Shown here one piece after another: positions 60,890 through 64,000 of a DNA stretch of 64,000 bases (the first letter of the stretch is position 1; each line of letters begins with the position of its first letter). The notes under the pieces are model-generated. The model made no database searches. It saw only the letters and a list, made by a program, of their open reading frames with translations, and was not told where the DNA came from. Origin of the DNA: Babesia bigemina (lineage: Eukaryota); NCBI RefSeq assembly GCF_000981445.1, contig NC_027218.1:2046001-2110000 (forward strand), given 5' to 3'. A program made the position numbers and the translations under genes.

Positions 60890-62384
60890 TCACGAATAGG
60901 ATCGACGGTCACGCGACCTGTATCGCCTGCCACTGCCACGTCGCCTCCTAGTTCTGTAGCTGCTCGAACTCGAAGAGCTCCTGGAAGATCTAGAGGATGA
61001 CCTGGATGAAGAACTATCGCTACTGCGTCTTCTGCGATGGCTCACGGAGCGGTCACGGCTACGACGGGATTCATACCGCTTGCCACGACTCCTGCGAGAA
61101 ACCGATGAGTCTACAGAGCGCGAAGCACGAGAGTCCAAGGAAAACTCTGAGGGACTGGGGGAATCACTAGACACGCTGGAGTATGGCCGACGACGGCCGT
61201 GGCGAGGTGCCCTGCGCACCGCGGAAGAAGACCTCGACGACGAGGACCCGCTGCGATTTGAATACGACACGGAGGAACTGCGGGATGGAGACCTCCTTCG
61301 GTGCGTGCGACGGCGGTAACTCACCGACTCGGAACTGGATCTTGAAGAGCCCGACGAAGGTGACCTACGACGACGATGACCACGATCGCGAATAGAGTCG
61401 TCGTGGCGGCGGGCGGGGTATTTGGCACGACGGTTTGCGCGTTTCCGAGTTTCGTACCACGACCTTCCAGCGCTCCTTTTGCTTTGCAGGCTTTGGCGAT
61501 GTGATTCCCGATGTTCGCTTGGACCCGATTCGGCCTCACCGCCCACACCTACGGCAGACGATGGCTCGTTGGTATTCTGAACCGCGCCTTCCGCAGCGGA
61601 GTTGGAATCACGCTCTGTATGGTTGGATGCGGGGAGTGAGGAACCCATTTGCCTTAGCGTGTCTTCTACTTCGTTTGCGGCTCCCTGAATCGCCGCGATC
61701 TCACGCTTTTTCTCATCGATGAAGACCTGGGGGATGCCGTATTCGCTATCCTGGGCAGCCAAGAGCAGATCCCACAATTCCTTCACGAAAATGCGGGCGT
61801 TCTTGGCCATGAAGCCCGTTAGGTTGATCTGAAGCTTCTTGGGGTCAAGGTACGGCTTCTCGTTGAGGCACCTGCCACCATCGCCTGTTGCATCATGTAA
61901 GCGATATTTAAGTAATGTAGACATTTGATATATTGTACGAATATGCAATTGCGGGTATATGATATCACGTATAGAGCCAGATAAGGTCGAAACGAATGGT
62001 TACAATAGGTGCCATAGACAAGTGCACAGCAAATCATGCAAAATCGCGAGGAAACTCACCGGCATTCTCCGCATTGGCCTTCGCATCCGTCTCTCCGAAA
62101 AACTTCAGCTGGCTCAGGCAGTAGTCAACGACAATCTCGTCCTCGACGCCCATCAGCTCGGTAACTCGGCGAGTTATCCACGGTTTGAACGCGTCTATTT
62201 GAACCTTGGTGATGTCGACGGATTTTGAAAAACAGGCGGGCCACTTTTTAGACTCCAGAAGCTCGCGCTCCTTGCCAGCGAGAAAAGGGGTCTTCAAGTC
62301 GCCGCTGTCGCGGCTGAAGCGCGAGCCCCGCAACATCGGCGGTGACGAAATGCGTTCGTACTTTTGACTCGTACGTATAGACAA
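60890..62384 (-). CDS. PWI/SRRM1-like protein (duplicate)
   Basis: Identical to 30212-31706. Confidence 0.85.
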
Positions 62385-62756
62385 GCATGTGTGCAGTAGT
62401 ACACACCCTTATGCGAACATTTATGGCCTATTACGAGACCAGACACGGTTTTTGCCCTTAAACTGGTGACGCGGTATCGCGGCCCCATTGTTTACAGCCA
62501 CGGTGTTCAGCGTGGCCCGCACGGTACCCTGTGTGAGGGATAGTTCATTTTTTATGACATTTCAGTGGAAAAGGTGGTCAGATGACCACTTAAACCACTG
62601 TAGGAAAGGCGAGGGTTCAAGCTCTAGGCGACCCCGGGGAGGGCCGCAGCACACATCACAGCGAAAACACGCTATTTTATGGGCGTCTGCGTAGCACACA
62701 CACGGTCGCAGACACACACACGGCATGAGGCGGCTCGTTAATCTACCAGATGGAGT

Positions 62757-63765
62757 ATGATGGACTTGAACGAATACTCCCATAAAAACCTGAACCACAA
62801 CCAAGCTAAATTCATATGTAAGTCGACAACCAGGAATCATAAACCGTGGCGCAGACGAAAACGAAAAGAACTATTACTACGTCGTGAAGAGCTTCTCCGA
62901 CAGAAATGTGCGCGCAGCACTCGAGCACAACGTTTGGGCGACTACACCTAAAAACGAGGGTACATTTGACGAGGCGTTCAAGAAGTGCGAGAATGTCGTG
63001 CTCTTCTTTTCCATCAATGGGAGCTCACGTTTCATCGGCTACGCCCTGATGCGATCGAGGCCAGGGAACTGCAGTGTACAGAATAACGTTTTCTGCCTAC
63101 CCAACGGAAGGCAGTTCAACGGCAAGCAATTCGATCTCCTTTGGATTAGGGTGGTGGAATTGCCATTCTCGGACTGTGTTCATCTTAAGAACAGCTTCGA
63201 CGACGGCAGGCCGGTGAAGGTCGCGCGCGACGGACAAAGGATTGATCAATCTACTGGAAAGGAACTGTGTATACTCTTCGAGAACAGGTTCTTGCAGAAA
63301 CCCATACCGTGGCAACCGGAAATGTACGGAAGCCAATATGGTGCGTACGTGATCAACCCTCAAGGATATCAATGCGTGGGAGTAGCCCCAGGTGCACAGA
63401 CCATACCCCCGTTGTCTGGATTTCCGGTTATACCAATATCTCACGCCCCAGTTGATTTGCAGCACATTGGCGTTGTGGCGCCTTACTACCAGGTGCCCCC
63501 CGTGTCGTCACCTCGGAATCAAAAAAGGTCGCGAAGTGGCGCAACGCCTCAAAACGGGCAGGCTGAAAAGCCCACTGACGTTGAAGGAGGGTACCGCATG
63601 ACCGAGGATCACGCGTTAAAGGCGGCGGAGTATAACCCGGCACTGGCAATTTTCCCTGTTGATTTAACGAATTTGTCATACGAGCACTACATCTCCCTAT
63701 ATAACGTCTCGCACCAGTACTGGATTGAACAACAGGAACCTGATGTTAAACCCGAAAGCGAGTGA
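62757..63765 (+). CDS. YTH-domain protein (duplicate)
   Basis: Identical to 32079-33087. Confidence 0.9.
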
Positions 63766-63769
63766 AACA

Positions 63770-64000
63770 ATGAACGCTGGAGTTTTTAAACTGATTGGCG
63801 GGCTCGTAGCCCAAAACCAATGGCAGAGATACAGCAGATCAACACGCGCTTATAATGCCGAAATTGGCTCAAGATGTTGTAACAAAATATTTTTCAGCCG
63901 TGAAATTAATGGTGATGATTTGAACATAAGCCGAAGAAGGCTCCTCATGCGAGTGAAAAATACCGGCATGAAGGAACTCGACGCCCTGCTGGATGGGTAC
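63770..64000 (+). CDS. SDHAF2: SDHAF2/Sdh5 (duplicate, truncated by window end)
   Basis: Identical to 33092-33322. Confidence 0.7.
   Translation, partial: MNAGVFKLIGGLVAQNQWQRYSRSTRAYNAEIGSRCCNKIFFSREINGDDLNISRRRLLMRVKNTGMKELDALLDGY

Larger units (their letters stand above)
39744..64000. repeat. Tandem segmental duplication, copy 2 (truncated by window end)
   Basis: Matches 9066-33322 at offset 30,678; all ORF translations identical. Confidence 0.95.

Noticed and set aside
1..64000. CRISPR arrays, rRNA/tRNA genes, prokaryotic operons or defence systems
   Set aside because: No repeat-spacer arrays or structural RNA genes recognised; the sequence is eukaryotic with spliceosomal introns.

Overview
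Eukaryotic, intron-containing DNA with many 37-59 nt GT-AG introns. Gene content points to a Babesia piroplasm of the B. bigemina/B. ovata-like group (inference). The window holds an antigen-family (ves/VESA-like) region and a block of housekeeping genes: MFS transporter, UMP1, RPLP2, PPC synthetase, YVH1/DUSP12-like phosphatase, N2227/CARNMT1-like methyltransferase, apicoplast-type L9, Zn/HIT-like protein, PWI/SRRM1-like protein, YTH protein and SDHAF2. From 9066 onward the sequence is repeated in tandem with a period of exactly 30,678 bp; the second copy runs off the window end. The left edge of the duplication lies in and just upstream of two divergent ves-like paralogues and is a mosaic of identical and diverged tracts. 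Main leads: (1) a family of small Cys-rich, C-terminally anchored proteins with a shared upstream non-coding element, lying downstream of ves-like genes; (2) a degenerate RLE-type non-LTR retrotransposon relic between the MFS gene and UMP1; (3) a frameshifted, internally deleted ves-related gene; (4) a decayed ves C-terminal remnant near 950-1110. Family assignments rest on motif recognition only; no searches were run.
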